A DNA stretch of 35,527 nt, taken from Asterionella formosa. Lineage: Eukaryota. The notes beneath the pieces are model-generated. The model saw only the letters and a program-made list of their open reading frames with translations, searched no databases and was not told the DNA's origin. The stretch's first letter is position 1, and each line of letters begins with the position of its first letter. The translations under genes and the position numbers were made by a program. Location of the stretch: assembly GCA_002256025.1 (NCBI GenBank), contig NKIB01000067.1, forward strand, positions 1-35,527. The letters are read 5' to 3'. Positions 34,766-35,527 of the stretch are shown piece after piece.

Positions 34766-34954
34766 CATCACCTCTAATAGCTTTGTCATGAAATGAAATC
34801 CCTTGTTGTACCTCCCCACTTTTCTAGTAATATGCATGTTAACATGCAAACCATGAAACTACTAGGAGATAAAATAGTTAATAACAAATGAGGTACTAAA
34901 CAAGCAATGTAAATACTAAAGACATTGCAAATTTCAAAATTTCAATGAAATTAT

Positions 34955-35260
34955 CTAAACACACAGTAGTGAATGCCCACCAGTGCAACAATCTTTTATC
35001 AGATGCATGAGTATGTATGTCACTGTTTGGTCTTGGCCATATGGCTCATAAATTCGGTCTATTGCTGTGTTTGCAGGAGTAGTATCACCAGCACAAACTA
35101 GCATTGCAACTGTCTCCCACAGAATTTAGCACCAGCAGTAAATAAATTTCAGTCTACTCCTTTCAACCCTTGTAAATAGCCTTTCTGGCTTTTGCCCTCC
35201 AATCCCAACCTCCCATTCCTGTCAAAGAACAACTAGCATCTTTGGTGTCTTAGCCACTAC
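34955..35260 (-). mobile_element. Decayed C-terminal domain of a Crypton-type (tyrosine-recombinase) transposon
   Basis: One frame reads PKMLVVL*QEWEVGIGGQKPERLFTRVERSRLKFIYCWC*ILWETVAMLVCAGDTTPANTAIDRIYEPYGQDQTVTYILMHLIKDCCTGGHSLLCV*. From memory this matches the GIGG.KPA..FT..ERG...AID.IY..YG...VT...D...GGHP tail of stramenopile Crypton-like proteins. Two internal stops. The recombinase core is not seen. Confidence 0.6.
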
Positions 35261-35527
35261 TATTGTACTAGACTGGATCAACAGCCATTTTACTTTCCAA
35301 ATCGTTTTACTTTGGGTTAAAGTACTGAAAGACTATTTAGGTTTAAGCAAATGATGGAATCTAATTTAATCAAGACAACGTTAAGCAATATTTTTCTTAA
35401 ACTTTGTAGACAAGCATGCACAGTCCTTAATTCATATGTAGATGACTGCATGTGTCACTACAGAAGGAAAGAGATTTACCAGCATTAGTCTACTGGTACT
35501 ATGTTAACAATATGCTGGTAATAACAG

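Overview
Eukaryotic, AT-rich draft-assembly scaffold with three N gaps. It is most likely from a diatom, judged by an Lhcr-type fucoxanthin-chlorophyll protein with an ASAF-like plastid presequence and short GT-AG introns. The left ~16 kb is a repeat-rich accessory block. It holds three copies and one decayed fragment of an unnamed 3-TM membrane-protein family, an ~0.7-0.8 kb diverged inverted repeat, a decayed Ginger-like element with a Ulp1-type protease and Cys-rich tail, a probable second transposon relic, a tRNA-like Pol III unit and telomere-like repeats. The right ~19 kb is gene-dense: adenylosuccinate synthetase, a TM9SF protein, an amino-acid transporter, Lhcr, a low-complexity orphan and a SEP-UBX p97 adaptor. 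It also has tandem arrays and a Crypton-like relic at the far end. The most striking signal is heavy enrichment of TA-CCGG-TA and TA-CCWGG-TA palindromes. Duplicated sequences inside the window show the motif is present in one copy and absent in the other as a CCGGTA indel at TA, once in frame inside a CDS. This resembles a genome-scale transposon-footprint or insertion process. All alignments and counts were done by eye.
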